A program made the position numbers and the translations under genes. Under the pieces are notes generated by a model. That model did no database searches, had not been told where the DNA came from, and saw nothing but the letters and a program-made list of their open reading frames with translations. From Methanocaldococcus jannaschii DSM 2661 (GTDB lineage: Archaea; AGJL01; Methanococci; Methanococcales; Methanocaldococcaceae), in the NCBI RefSeq assembly GCF_000091665.1, contig NC_000909.1:60001-92000 (forward strand): a stretch of DNA of 32,000 nt, written 5' to 3'. Below are positions 18,485 to 28,560 of this stretch, in pieces. The first letter of the stretch is position 1. Each line of letters opens with the position of its first letter.

Positions 18485-18745
18485 TCTTTATTATCTTATT
18501 TTAAGTTTTATTTTTTGGACTTTATTTTTAATTTTAAAATTTTAATTGGAGGGCATAATAATAGATTCAAACATTTTATCAAAAGTTTTAGATAAAATAA
18601 TATTAATGGAAGAGACTTTGAGATAGAGAATCAAGCTGTTGGCATAGTTTCAGACCAGTGTATGTTCCTCCACTTGTTAGAAAAAGATTTATACTAAATA
18701 AGATATTAGGTTTTAATTAAATTTAAATCAGACTGAGGGAGAGGT

Positions 18746-19495
18746 ATGAAAATCTCTATCTGTGGAAAGGGAGGCTGTGGAAAAAGCTCTATAACAACTT
18801 TATTGGCAAAGGAGTTTGCTAAAAAAGGACATAATGTCTTGGTTATTGATGGAGACGAATCTAATCTAAGTTTGCATAAATTGCTTGGTATGGATTTGCC
18901 AAAGGACTTTATAGAGTATCTTGGAGGACGAAAGGAGTTCATGAAGAAGTTGAGAGAAAAAATGGATGGTAAAGAAGTTGAGTTATTTGAGGGAGAGATA
19001 TCTATAGATTCTTTACCAAAAGAGTATTTAGTAGAGAAAGATAATATCAAACTTTTAGCAATTGGAAAAATCCATGATTTTGGAGAAGGTTGTGCATGTC
19101 CAATGGGTGCTTTGTTAAGAGAGTTTTTAAAATCTTTAAAGTTGAAGGATAAAGAGGTTGTTATCGTTGACACTGAAGCTGGAATAGAGCATTTTGGTAG
19201 AGGGGTTGAGGGAGGATGTGATGTTATTATTGCAATTATAGACCCAACCTATGAATCAATAAGATTATCTAAGAAGATAGAGGAAATTGGAGAGAAATTG
19301 GGTAAGAAGGTTTATTTCATAGTTAATAAGGTAGATGATGAGACAAAAGATTTAATTCTTGAAAATGTCAATAAAGATAAGGTTATTGCAGTTATTCCAA
19401 ACAATAAGGAGATTATGAAATGTGGATTAATGGGAGAGGAGTTAAATGCTGAATTATCTGAAATTAAAGATGTTGTAGAGATTTTAACTAAATAA
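18746..19495 (+). CDS. CooC-like/MinD-superfamily P-loop ATPase (putative metallocenter maturation)
   Basis: CGKGGCGKSSITTLLAKEFAKKGHNVLVIDGDESNLSLHKLLG, HDFGEGCACPMGALLREFL, VVIVDTEAGIEHFGRGVEGGCDVI. Confidence 0.88.
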   Translation: MKISICGKGGCGKSSITTLLAKEFAKKGHNVLVIDGDESNLSLHKLLGMDLPKDFIEYLGGRKEFMKKLREKMDGKEVELFEGEISIDSLPKEYLVEKDNIKLLAIGKIHDFGEGCACPMGALLREFLKSLKLKDKEVVIVDTEAGIEHFGRGVEGGCDVIIAIIDPTYESIRLSKKIEEIGEKLGKKVYFIVNKVDDETKDLILENVNKDKVIAVIPNNKEIMKCGLMGEELNAELSEIKDVVEILTK

Positions 19496-19564
19496 CTTTT
19501 TTCTATTTTTTATATAATTTTTATGAATATTGATGTATTTTTAACGATTATTTTTGATAAACTA

Positions 19565-19580
19565 CCGAAAAATATATATT
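19565..19580 (+). promoter_or_regulatory. BRE/TATA of the ABC transporter operon (CCGAAAAATATATATT)
   Basis: Strong archaeal BRE+TATA match about 50 nt upstream of the ATG at 19630. Confidence 0.6.
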
Positions 19581-19629
19581 AGATATTAAAAATTTTTGTT
19601 CATATCATATAGCCTAAAATGGTGACAAT

Positions 19630-20751
19630 ATGTTAAAGAAATTAATAGGTTTATTAACAATTCTAATTATTGCCGTAGGGTTTTGTGGATGTATGGAGCA
19701 GAATATAGAAAAACAAACTCCAACTGCAAGTGAAGCTCCTAACACCATAAAAGTTGTTGATTTGTATGGTAGAGAGGTTGAAGTGCCTAAAGAAGTTAAT
19801 AGGATTGTATGCTGTGGTCCAGGATGTTTAAGACTTATTGTCTATCTAAACGCAACGGATAAGGTTGTTGGAGTTGAAGATACTGAGAAGAAATGGACTC
19901 CATGGACAAGACCTTATAGAATTGCACATCCAGAGCTTGCTAACTTACCAACAATAGGGCAAGGAGGGCCTTGTCCAAAACCAAACCCAGAGGCTATAAT
20001 TCAGGTCAAACCAGATGTAATATTTGTTACATACATGCCAAAGGATGAAGTTGATGCATTACAGCAAAAAACTGGTATTCCAGTAGTTGTTTTAAGCTAT
20101 GGGCAGTTGGCAACATTCAACAACGAAGATTTATTTAAATCATTAGAGCTTGCAGGAAAAATATTGGGCAAAGAAGAGAGAGCTAAGGAGGTTATTGAAT
20201 TTATAAAGAACTGCCAAAATGATTTAAATGAGAGAACAAAAGATATTCCAGACGATAAGAAGCCAAGTGTCTATGTTGGAGGTATTGGATACAAAGGACT
20301 GCATGGAATTGACAGCACTGAGTGCAAATATCCACCATTTGTTGCTGTTAATGCAAAGAACGTTGCAGATGAGTTGGGTAAAGAGGGGCATGTATTTGTT
20401 ACTAAGGAGCAAATTCTAAAATGGAATCCAGATATAATATTCATTGATGAAGGAGGATTGAAGTTAGTTGTTGAAGACTATAAGAGAAATAAAGAATTTT
20501 ACAACTCATTAAAGGCATTTAAGAATGGAGATGTTTATGGTTTATTGCCATATAACTTCTACACAACAAATATAGGAACAGCTCTTGCTGATGCTTATTA
20601 TATAGGAAAAGTAGTTTATCCAGATAGATTTAAAGATATAGACCCAGAACAAAAAGCAGATGAGATATTTACCTTCTTGGTTGGAAAGCCAGTTTATAAA
20701 GAGATGAAAGAGAAATTGGGAGGATTTAAGAAATTAGAGTTTAGCAGCTAA
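19630..20751 (+). CDS. ABC transporter periplasmic substrate-binding lipoprotein (FecB/BtuF-like)
   Basis: Lipobox-like VGFCGCM. Substrate-binding fold [26 protein letters not shown]...[27 protein letters not shown]. Confidence 0.92.
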
Positions 20752-20787
20752 TTTTTAATTTTTTATAATTTTTATTTTGGTGATAAA

Positions 20788-21906
20788 ATGCTTTTAAAAT
20801 CTCCAGATAAAAGCCCAGAGAAGATATTGAAGCTTTTTGATGAAGTTTATTCAAAAGCAAGGATTTTTTATTTGTTGAGGACAGCTATTGATTTAAATTT
20901 ATTTGAGTATTTAAGCAGTTTTAAAACTGCTAAGGAATTGGCAGAGATTTTAGACGCTGATTTGATTTTAATGGAGTATATGCTAAAAATCCTTAATGAA
21001 TTAGATTTAATTGAGAGTAAAGTTGTAAGTGAAAGAATTTATTACAAAAATGCTGAAATAACCAACATCTATCTGAAAAAGGATTCAAATTATAGCATAA
21101 TCAATCCAATATACAGCTATTTTGAGAATATTAAAAATTGGGAAAATTTAGCTGATATTTTAAAAAATAAATCCAACTGCTCAAATATGGATGTTGATAA
21201 CTTTTTTCCAAAGGTTGTTAGGAGAATGGCAGATGAATGCAAGTGCTGGGAGTTGCAGAAGGTTTTAAATTACATGGCAAAATATGAGGAGTTTAAAAAC
21301 GCCAAAAAACTTCTTGATTTGGCTGGAGGACATGGATTGTATGCAATTGGATTTAGCATGTTAAACAGAAATTTAAAGTGCTATGTCTTTGATTTACCAA
21401 ATGTTATTGAAGAAACCAAAAAATTTATCAAAAAATACAATGCAAAAAACGTCTTCACAATTACTGGAGATTTTTATAAGGATGATATCGGAAAGGGCTA
21501 CGATATAATATTCTGCTCATATAATCCAGGTGGAAAAAATCCAAAGATTGCAGAGAAGGTTTATAATGCCTTAAATGAAGGAGGTTTATTTATAAATAAG
21601 CAATTCTTTCCAGATAAGGAAGAGGGTATTGAAGACTATATAAACAACATGGAATGGAACTTCTCTAAACCAGAAGGGCTTAAGAAGGGTAAAATAAGAT
21701 ACACATTTGAAGGAGATTTAAATCTCAATGATTATTTAAAATACTTAGAAGATTTAGGTTTTAAAATCTTGGAAGTTGTTGATATGTCAGAACTTTTAGG
21801 ACTTGACGAAAACTCTTCGAGTTTTCGTAAGTCAGCGAATCCTTCGGATTCGCTTCGATTTAAAGATAATTCACCAGCAAAGATGATTGTTGCTAAAAAG
21901 CTTTAA
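20788..21906 (+). CDS. O-methyltransferase-like (SAM-dependent) protein carrying an in-frame hairpin insertion
   Basis: Winged-helix/dimerisation N-terminus, NAKKLLDLAGGHGLYAIGFSMLN SAM motif, NEGGLFINKQFFPD. The insertion encodes SSSFRKSANPSDSLRFKDN. Confidence 0.85.
   Translation: MLLKSPDKSPEKILKLFDEVYSKARIFYLLRTAIDLNLFEYLSSFKTAKELAEILDADLILMEYMLKILNELDLIESKVVSERIYYKNAEITNIYLKKDSNYSIINPIYSYFENIKNWENLADILKNKSNCSNMDVDNFFPKVVRRMADECKCWELQKVLNYMAKYEEFKNAKKLLDLAGGHGLYAIGFSMLNRNLKCYVFDLPNVIEETKKFIKKYNAKNVFTITGDFYKDDIGKGYDIIFCSYNPGGKNPKIAEKVYNALNEGGLFINKQFFPDKEEGIEDYINNMEWNFSKPEGLKKGKIRYTFEGDLNLNDYLKYLEDLGFKILEVVDMSELLGLDENSSSFRKSANPSDSLRFKDNSPAKMIVAKKL
21807..21854. repeat. double hairpin: CGAAAACTC-TTC-GAGTTTTCG (21807-21827) and AGCGAATCC-TTC-GGATTCGCT (21834-21854)
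   Basis: Two perfect 9-bp hairpins with identical TTC loops, inside the coding frame of the 20788-21906 gene. Confidence 0.92.
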
Positions 21907-21929
21907 AATAATTCAAAAAATGTGATAGT

Positions 21930-22979
21930 ATGGACATCCCACAGAAATATAAGTTATATACAAAAAAGAAGATAATTTTTGGGATTATTTTACTTATAAC
22001 TTTATTTTTAAGCTCAATTTATGCCTTATGCGTAGGAGACTATAAATTAACTGTTAATCAGGTTGTAAATGCCTTAATGGGTTATGGAAAAGATGATATA
22101 AACTTAGTTATTTGGAATATCAGACTGCCAAGGATATTTGCCGCAATAATATCTGGAATGTCTTTAGCTGTAGCTGGGGCAGTTATGCAGTGCATTTTAA
22201 GAAACCCATTGGCAAGCCCATTTACGATGGGAATTTCACATGGAGCAATGTTTGGTGCATGTTTTGCCATAATCATGTTTGGTTTTGGAGGGGCTGAGAG
22301 CACTGGAAGAATATTTATAAACAACCCATACATGATAACAATCTTTGCATTCTTAGGGGCTTTGATTGGTGTTGTTGTAATCTTATTACTTGCTAAGTTG
22401 AGGGGATTAACTCCAGAGGCCATGATTTTAGCTGGAGTTGCTATGAGCTCTCTATTTACAGCTGGAACTATGCTCATCCAATACTTTGCAGATGATTTGC
22501 AGTTGGCGGCAATGGTTTATTGGACTTTTGGAGACTTGGGAAGAGCTATATGGACAGAGATTTATATCATGGCTGCAGTTATGATTCCCTCTTTAATATA
22601 TTTCATGTATAAAAGGTGGGATTACAATGCCTTAGAGGCTGGAGAAGAGACAGCTAAATCCTTAGGAGTTAATACAGAGAGGACAAGATTGATTGGCATG
22701 CTTGTAGCTTCATTATTAACATCAGTAAATGTAGCATTCTTGGGAATAATTGGATTTGTTGGTTTAATCTGCCCACATATAGTTAGGATTTGCATTGGAG
22801 GAGATTACAGGTTTTTAATTCCAATCTCTGCATTGTTTGGGGCTGTTTTATTGCTTATTGCTGATACGTTTGCAAGGACAATAATTGCTCCGATAGTGTT
22901 GCCAGTTGGGATTTTAACATCTTTCTTAGGAGCTCCGATGTTTCTTTACTTGCTGTTAAAGATGTATAAAAGAGTATAA
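21930..22979 (+). CDS. FecCD/BtuC-type ABC transporter permease
   Basis: LPRIFAAIISGMSLAVAGAVMQCILRNPLASPFTMGISHGAMFGA...GFVGLICPHIVRICIGGDYRFLIPISALFGAVLLLIADTFAR. Confidence 0.96.
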   Translation: MDIPQKYKLYTKKKIIFGIILLITLFLSSIYALCVGDYKLTVNQVVNALMGYGKDDINLVIWNIRLPRIFAAIISGMSLAVAGAVMQCILRNPLASPFTMGISHGAMFGACFAIIMFGFGGAESTGRIFINNPYMITIFAFLGALIGVVVILLLAKLRGLTPEAMILAGVAMSSLFTAGTMLIQYFADDLQLAAMVYWTFGDLGRAIWTEIYIMAAVMIPSLIYFMYKRWDYNALEAGEETAKSLGVNTERTRLIGMLVASLLTSVNVAFLGIIGFVGLICPHIVRICIGGDYRFLIPISALFGAVLLLIADTFARTIIAPIVLPVGILTSFLGAPMFLYLLLKMYKRV

Positions 22980-22997
22980 TAATAGTATATTATTAGT

Positions 22998-23540
22998 TTG
23001 CCAAATATTTGGGGTGGAATGTTGGAAAAAACTGTAAAAATAACCTTTATCTTCGAATCAGAAAAAAGGTTGAACTGGGAAGGTTATGTAAATTATTTAA
23101 TATTTGCTCATTATTTTAAATTAATTTATATTTTATTGAGAAACAATAAAGAACTTTTAGAGAGGATTTTAAAGGATTCTCTGGATAATAAAGAAGACTA
23201 TCATAAATTAGGGAAGTATTTGCATCATGATATAATGGGATATATTAGAAGACATGGATATCTCTCATTTCTACCTTTTACTCCACTTCCATTTTATAAA
23301 GAGCTATGTGAAAAATTCATGACTAAAATTCCAGAAAAGCCAATAATTGATTATAAATGCATTGAGAGAATTGAAAATAATAAGATAATCTTTGAGTTTG
23401 AAGGAGAGGAGGAGTGTTTAAGATGTTTAATGTATTTAAAAGATTCATCCATAGATGAATCAATTAAAGTTATAAAATCAGAAGAAATGGTAGTTAAAAT
23501 ATTGGAAATTTTGCTATATATCTTGCATAATTTATTATAG
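22998..23540 (+). CDS. uncharacterized protein encoded between permease and ATPase genes
   Basis: ORF abuts the downstream ATPase start (23541). No recognised domain. Confidence 0.7.
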   Translation: MPNIWGGMLEKTVKITFIFESEKRLNWEGYVNYLIFAHYFKLIYILLRNNKELLERILKDSLDNKEDYHKLGKYLHHDIMGYIRRHGYLSFLPFTPLPFYKELCEKFMTKIPEKPIIDYKCIERIENNKIIFEFEGEEECLRCLMYLKDSSIDESIKVIKSEEMVVKILEILLYILHNLL

Positions 23541-24305
23541 GTGAGTTTAATGATTCTCTCTGTTGATGGAGTTGAATTTGCATATAAAAGTAGGCAAATA
23601 CTAAACAACATAAAATTTGAGGTTAAAAGAGGAGAGGTTGTTTCTATTTTAGGAGTTAATGGAGCTGGGAAATCTACCTTATTAAAATGTATAAATAAAA
23701 TCTTAAAGCCAAAGAGAGGGACAATATTGATTGATAATTTTGATATAAAGAATTTAGATAATCTTGAATTAGCTAAGAAAGTTGGTTATGTTCCACAGAG
23801 AGCTGAAGGAAATTACATGACTGTATTTGATGCTGTTTTGTTGGGAAGGAAGCCACATATAAAATGGGAAGTCTCTGATAGAGATATAGAGATAACTCAC
23901 AAGGTTTTAAAGCTTTTAAACTTAGAGGATTATGCTCTAAGATATACGAATGAGTTGAGTGGTGGAGAACTGCAAAAGGTAATAATAGCAAGGGCTTTAG
24001 TGCAAGAGCCTCAAATATTACTTTTAGATGAGCCAACAAACAACTTAGATTTAAAGAATCAGTTGGAGGTTATGAAAATCATTATGGATATATCAAAATC
24101 TCAAAACATAGCCTCAATTGTAGTTATGCATGATTTAAATTTGGCTTTAAGATACTCCGATAAATTTATAATGCTAAAGGATGGAGTTATATATGCTGAA
24201 GGAGGGAGAGAAGTTATAAATCCAGAGAATATTAAAGCAGTTTATGGAGTCGATGCTTATATTGAAAATGTTAGAGGGATTCCTGTAGTTGTTCCAATAG
24301 GATAA
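23541..24305 (+). CDS. FecE/BtuD-type ABC transporter ATP-binding protein
   Basis: [67 protein letters not shown]. Confidence 0.96.
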   Translation: MSLMILSVDGVEFAYKSRQILNNIKFEVKRGEVVSILGVNGAGKSTLLKCINKILKPKRGTILIDNFDIKNLDNLELAKKVGYVPQRAEGNYMTVFDAVLLGRKPHIKWEVSDRDIEITHKVLKLLNLEDYALRYTNELSGGELQKVIIARALVQEPQILLLDEPTNNLDLKNQLEVMKIIMDISKSQNIASIVVMHDLNLALRYSDKFIMLKDGVIYAEGGREVINPENIKAVYGVDAYIENVRGIPVVVPIG

Positions 24306-24385
24306 TCTTTTTTATATAATGAGGTCATATTGGTTATTGCTATTTTATACTTCAAATATAATTTAAAATTTAAAAAAATTTCTAA

Positions 24386-25609
24386 GTGATGGTTATGGTA
24401 GAGCTTTTATCTCCAGCTAATGATTTAACATGTCTAAAAACAGCTATTGATTATGGAGCAGATGCAGTTTATTGCGGATTGAAAGAGCTAAACATGAGAG
24501 CAAATGCAAAAAACTTTACAAGAGAGGAGTTAATAGAAGGAATTAAATACGCTCACGATAATAATAAAAAGGTTTATCTCTGCACAAATACGGTTGTTTA
24601 TGAAAATGATTTAAAGAAAGTTGAGGAAATTTTAGATTTTGCAAATTCTGCTGAAGTTGATGCAGTTATAGTTAGTGATTTGGGAACTATGCAGTTAGCT
24701 AATGAATTAGGGCTGAGAGTTCATGCAAGTGTTCAATGCAACGTAACAAACTCCTTAACAGCCAAGTTTTATTCAAAGTTTGCTAAAAGAGTTATATTAT
24801 CAAGAGAACTAACCTTAAATCAAATAAAAGAGATTAGAGAAAATTTAAAGAAGGATAAAGTAGATTTAGAGCTTGAGGGCTTTGTTCATGGTGCTTTATG
24901 TGTTGCTATAAGTGGAAGATGCTTTTTAAGCTCCTATTTATTTGGAAGACATGCAAACTGTGGAGACTGCCTACAACCATGTAGAAGAAAGTGGAAGTTG
25001 ATTAATGAGCATCATGACGGCACTTATGAGATAGTTTGTGAAGGGAAATATCTTTTATCTCCAAAGGATTTATGTATGATAGAACACATCCCAGAGTTAA
25101 TGGAGGTTTTTGATTCATTTAAGATAGAGGGTAGAGCTAAAAATGCCGATTATGTGATGAGAACTACAAAGATTTATAGGGAAGCAATAGATAGCGTTTT
25201 AGACGGCAGTTATTATGATAAGCTTGAATATTTCAAAAAAGAGCTTCAGAAGGTCTATAATAGGAGCTATGATACTGGATTTTACTTTAGAGATATAAAT
25301 AAAAATCACGACTTCCAATATGAGATTGAAGGAAATGCATCAAAGTATAGAAAGATTGAGATTGGAAGAGTTGTTAATTTTTACAAAAAGGTTAGTGTGG
25401 CAGAGATTGAGCTATGGCATGATTTAAAAATTGGAGATACCATATTAATAATTGGAAAAACTACTGGCTGTGTTGAGGAGGTTGTTAAATCAATGCAGAT
25501 AAACCATAAAGATGTTGAAATTGCTAAAAAAGGAGAGAGGGTCGGAGTTAAGCTAAATCACTTAGTTAGAGAGGGAGATAGGGTTTATCTATTAAAGGAG
25601 ACAATATAA
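24386..25609 (+). CDS. peptidase U32 family protein
   Basis: VELLSPANDLTCLKTAIDYGADAVYCGLKELNMRANAKNFT...LELEGFVHGALCVAISGRCFLSSYLFGRHANCGDCLQPCRRKW. Confidence 0.94.
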   Translation: MMVMVELLSPANDLTCLKTAIDYGADAVYCGLKELNMRANAKNFTREELIEGIKYAHDNNKKVYLCTNTVVYENDLKKVEEILDFANSAEVDAVIVSDLGTMQLANELGLRVHASVQCNVTNSLTAKFYSKFAKRVILSRELTLNQIKEIRENLKKDKVDLELEGFVHGALCVAISGRCFLSSYLFGRHANCGDCLQPCRRKWKLINEHHDGTYEIVCEGKYLLSPKDLCMIEHIPELMEVFDSFKIEGRAKNADYVMRTTKIYREAIDSVLDGSYYDKLEYFKKELQKVYNRSYDTGFYFRDINKNHDFQYEIEGNASKYRKIEIGRVVNFYKKVSVAEIELWHDLKIGDTILIIGKTTGCVEEVVKSMQINHKDVEIAKKGERVGVKLNHLVREGDRVYLLKETI

Positions 25610-25704
25610 ATACAATATGGATGAACTGAAAATTTTGCTTAAGTTTAAATATTATTGCAGAATATATTCAAAAACAAACTTTAATTAATTTAGTAGGGAT
25701 AAGA

Positions 25705-26613
25705 ATGCTAATTTTAGGGGTTGGTTATTTTCTATTAGGGCTTATTCTACTGTATTATGGGAGCGATTGGTTTGTCTTAGGAAGTGAGAGGATAGCAAGG
25801 CATTTTAATGTGTCAAACTTTGTCATTGGAGCTACGGTTATGGCTATTGGAACATCTCTGCCAGAGATATTAACATCTGCTTATGCTTCTTATATGCATG
25901 CTCCGGGCATATCAATAGGAAATGCCATTGGTTCTTGTATCTGCAATATAGGTTTAGTCCTTGGCTTAAGTGCAATTATAAGTCCAATAATAGTTGATAA
26001 AAACTTACAAAAGAATATATTAGTTTATCTTCTATTTGTTATATTTGCTGCAGTTATAGGAATTGATGGATTTTCATGGATTGATGGAGTTGTTTTGCTA
26101 ATTTTATTTATTATCTACTTAAGATGGACTGTAAAGAATGGAAGTGCTGAGATAGAAGAAAATAATGATAAAAACAACCCTTCAGTAGTGTTCTCCTTAG
26201 TTTTGTTAATAATTGGGTTAATTGGTGTTTTAGTTGGAGCTGAATTATTTGTTGATGGAGCAAAGAAGATAGCGTTAGCTTTAGATATATCTGATAAGGT
26301 TATTGGATTTACCTTAGTGGCATTTGGAACATCTCTACCAGAGTTAATGGTTTCCTTAGCAGCAGCAAAGAGAAACCTTGGAGGCATGGTCTTAGGAAAT
26401 GTCATTGGAAGTAACATAGCTGATATTGGTGGCGCTTTGGCAGTTGGAAGTTTATTTATGCATCTCCCAGCGGAAAATGTACAAATGGCTGTGTTGGTAA
26501 TTATGAGCCTTTTACTCTATTTATTTGCAAAATACTCAAAGATTGGTAGATGGCAAGGAATTTTATTTTTAGCTCTATATATAATTGCAATAGCTTCTTT
26601 GAGGATGGGATAA
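25705..26613 (+). CDS. CaCA family Na+/Ca2+ exchanger-like membrane protein
   Basis: Duplicated alpha repeats VIGATVMAIGTSLPEILTSA and VIGFTLVAFGTSLPELMVSL. Its TAA overlaps the next ATG. Confidence 0.95.
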   Translation: MLILGVGYFLLGLILLYYGSDWFVLGSERIARHFNVSNFVIGATVMAIGTSLPEILTSAYASYMHAPGISIGNAIGSCICNIGLVLGLSAIISPIIVDKNLQKNILVYLLFVIFAAVIGIDGFSWIDGVVLLILFIIYLRWTVKNGSAEIEENNDKNNPSVVFSLVLLIIGLIGVLVGAELFVDGAKKIALALDISDKVIGFTLVAFGTSLPELMVSLAAAKRNLGGMVLGNVIGSNIADIGGALAVGSLFMHLPAENVQMAVLVIMSLLLYLFAKYSKIGRWQGILFLALYIIAIASLRMG

Positions 26614-28082
26614 TGATAAAGATAACAGTTAAGAGATTTAACGGAGAGAAAGAGTATCTTGAAAGCTATGAAGTCCCAGAAAATATAACAGTTTTAGAGG
26701 CCTTAGAGTATATAAATAAGCATTATGAGGCTAATATTTTATTTAGAGCGTCTTGCAGAAATGCTCAGTGTGGAAGTTGTGCTGTAACAATAAATGGAGA
26801 GCCAAGATTGGCATGTGAGACAAAGGTAGAGGATGGCATGATAATTGAGCCATTAAGAGGATTTAAGGTTATTAGAGATTTAATTGTTGATAGGGAACCA
26901 TATTATAAAAAGTTATTAGGCATAAAAAACTACCTTATAAGAAAAAATTATCCTGAAGAGCTTGAAATTCTCATTCCCAAATATGTTGAAGAGAACAAAG
27001 AGCTTAGAGGTTGTATTGACTGCCTATCTTGCCTCTCTGTATGTCCAGCAAGGGAAGTTAGCGACTATCCTGGCCCAACTTTTATGAGACAGTTGGCGAG
27101 ATTTGCGTTTGATAAGAGGGACGAAGATGGCAGAGAGATAACTGCATACTTTGAAAATATCTACAACTGCACAACGTGTGCTAAGTGTGTTGAGGTCTGC
27201 CCAAAGGAGATTGATATTGTTCATAGAGCTATAGAAAAGCTTAGAGCTTTAGCATTTAGTAAGGGCTATTATATAGAAAATCACTTAAAAGTTAGGGAAA
27301 ATGTTTTAAAATATAACAGAAGTGTTGTTGAAGAGGAATTGCCATTATTAAAGCAAGTTGCTGATTTCTATCCAGCTGAAAGTGAGAAATTAAGAGTAGC
27401 TTTCTTTACAGGATGTTTAGTTGATTTTAGACTGCAAAATGTAGGAAAAGATGCAATAAAGGTTTTAAATGCTCATGGTGTGTCAGTTGTTATTCCTAAA
27501 AATCAGGTTTGCTGTGGCTCACCATTCTTCAGAACTGGGCAGAGGGATGTTGCTGAAATGCTAAAAAGAAAAAACTTGGAAATATTTAACAAGTTGGATG
27601 TTGATTGTGTTGTAACAATCTGTGCTGGTTGTGGAAGCACATTAAAAAACGATTATAAGGAGAGAAAGTTTGAAGTTAAAGATATAACAGAGGTTTTAAC
27701 TGAAGTTGGACTTTTAAAGTATAAACCGTTAAAGATGAGAATCACTTACCACGACCCATGTCATTTGAGGAGAGGACAAAAAATATATAAACAGCCAAGA
27801 GAGATTTTAAAGTCCATTCCAGAACTTGAATTTATTGATATAGAGGCAAGGTGTTGTGGAGCTGGAGGAGGAGTTAGGAGTGGAAAACCAGATATTGCTA
27901 ACTTAATAGGTAAAAGTAGGGCAAGGATGATTTATGATGCCAATGTAGATGCTGTAATTACAGTTTGCCCATTCTGTGAATACCACATAAGAGATAGCTT
28001 AAAAAGGTTTAAGGAGGAGAATAAAATAGATAAGGAAATAGATGTTATGAATATTGTCTCTCTATTGGCTAAAGTCATTTAA
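26613..28082 (+). CDS. tfrB: TfrB-like/HdrBC-like iron-sulfur protein (CoM/CoB thiol:fumarate reductase subunit B)
   Basis: [2Fe-2S] CRNAQCGSCAVTINGEPRLACET, two CxxCxxCxxxCP, CCG domains CGSPFFRTGQRD and CCGAGGGVRSGK. The likely start is ATG 26613 preceded by GAGGATGGGA. Confidence 0.88.
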   Translation: MIKITVKRFNGEKEYLESYEVPENITVLEALEYINKHYEANILFRASCRNAQCGSCAVTINGEPRLACETKVEDGMIIEPLRGFKVIRDLIVDREPYYKKLLGIKNYLIRKNYPEELEILIPKYVEENKELRGCIDCLSCLSVCPAREVSDYPGPTFMRQLARFAFDKRDEDGREITAYFENIYNCTTCAKCVEVCPKEIDIVHRAIEKLRALAFSKGYYIENHLKVRENVLKYNRSVVEEELPLLKQVADFYPAESEKLRVAFFTGCLVDFRLQNVGKDAIKVLNAHGVSVVIPKNQVCCGSPFFRTGQRDVAEMLKRKNLEIFNKLDVDCVVTICAGCGSTLKNDYKERKFEVKDITEVLTEVGLLKYKPLKMRITYHDPCHLRRGQKIYKQPREILKSIPELEFIDIEARCCGAGGGVRSGKPDIANLIGKSRARMIYDANVDAVITVCPFCEYHIRDSLKRFKEENKIDKEIDVMNIVSLLAKVI

Positions 28083-28088
28083 TTTTAT

Positions 28089-28517
28089 TTATATTCCAAC
28101 GTATATTTTTTTGTCTCCAATTTCAATAACCTCTTTATCTCCTTCTGGCATCTCTTCAACAATCTCTATATAATCCTTATTGGCTATATCGTTACTCAAA
28201 ACATCTAAAATATATCTCAAATCTTCATCATCTGTGTAAATCTTAGCTTTTACTTTAAATCTCCTCGCCAATCTTGCAATATCTCTTAAAGTCAATTTTG
28301 CTTCAGTAATTAACTCTAAATATTTTTTAGCTTCTTTTAAATCTTCTTCTTTTCCTATTAACACTGGATATTTAACATTGTATATTTCATCCTCCCTAAT
28401 GTCAAATTTTACATTACAAATCTCTATCAATCTGGCAATTATTGATTGAGGTAATCCAGGAGGTATTGGGATTTCCTTTTCATCTATATCATAGCATTTA
28501 AAATTAAAGTTCTCCAT
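28089..28517 (-). CDS. conserved hypothetical methanogen protein
   Basis: 142-aa ORF with a plausible start. Family not identified from sequence alone. Confidence 0.6.
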   Translation of the reverse strand: MENFNFKCYDIDEKEIPIPPGLPQSIIARLIEICNVKFDIREDEIYNVKYPVLIGKEEDLKEAKKYLELITEAKLTLRDIARLARRFKVKAKIYTDDEDLRYILDVLSNDIANKDYIEIVEEMPEGDKEVIEIGDKKIYVGI

Positions 28518-28560
28518 GTTTCTCCCTCGTAATGTTATTTATAAAAATTATAAAAATAAT

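Noticed and set aside
18283-19173. Minus-strand ORFs (18283-18471, 18706-19173)
   Set aside because: Overlap mrtA and the CooC-like gene antisense. Composition (FPIAKSL, FPQPPFPQIEI) is typical of reversed coding sequence.
25610-25704. Possible riboswitch between the U32 peptidase and exchanger genes
   Set aside because: AT-rich with no convincing paired regions beyond chance.
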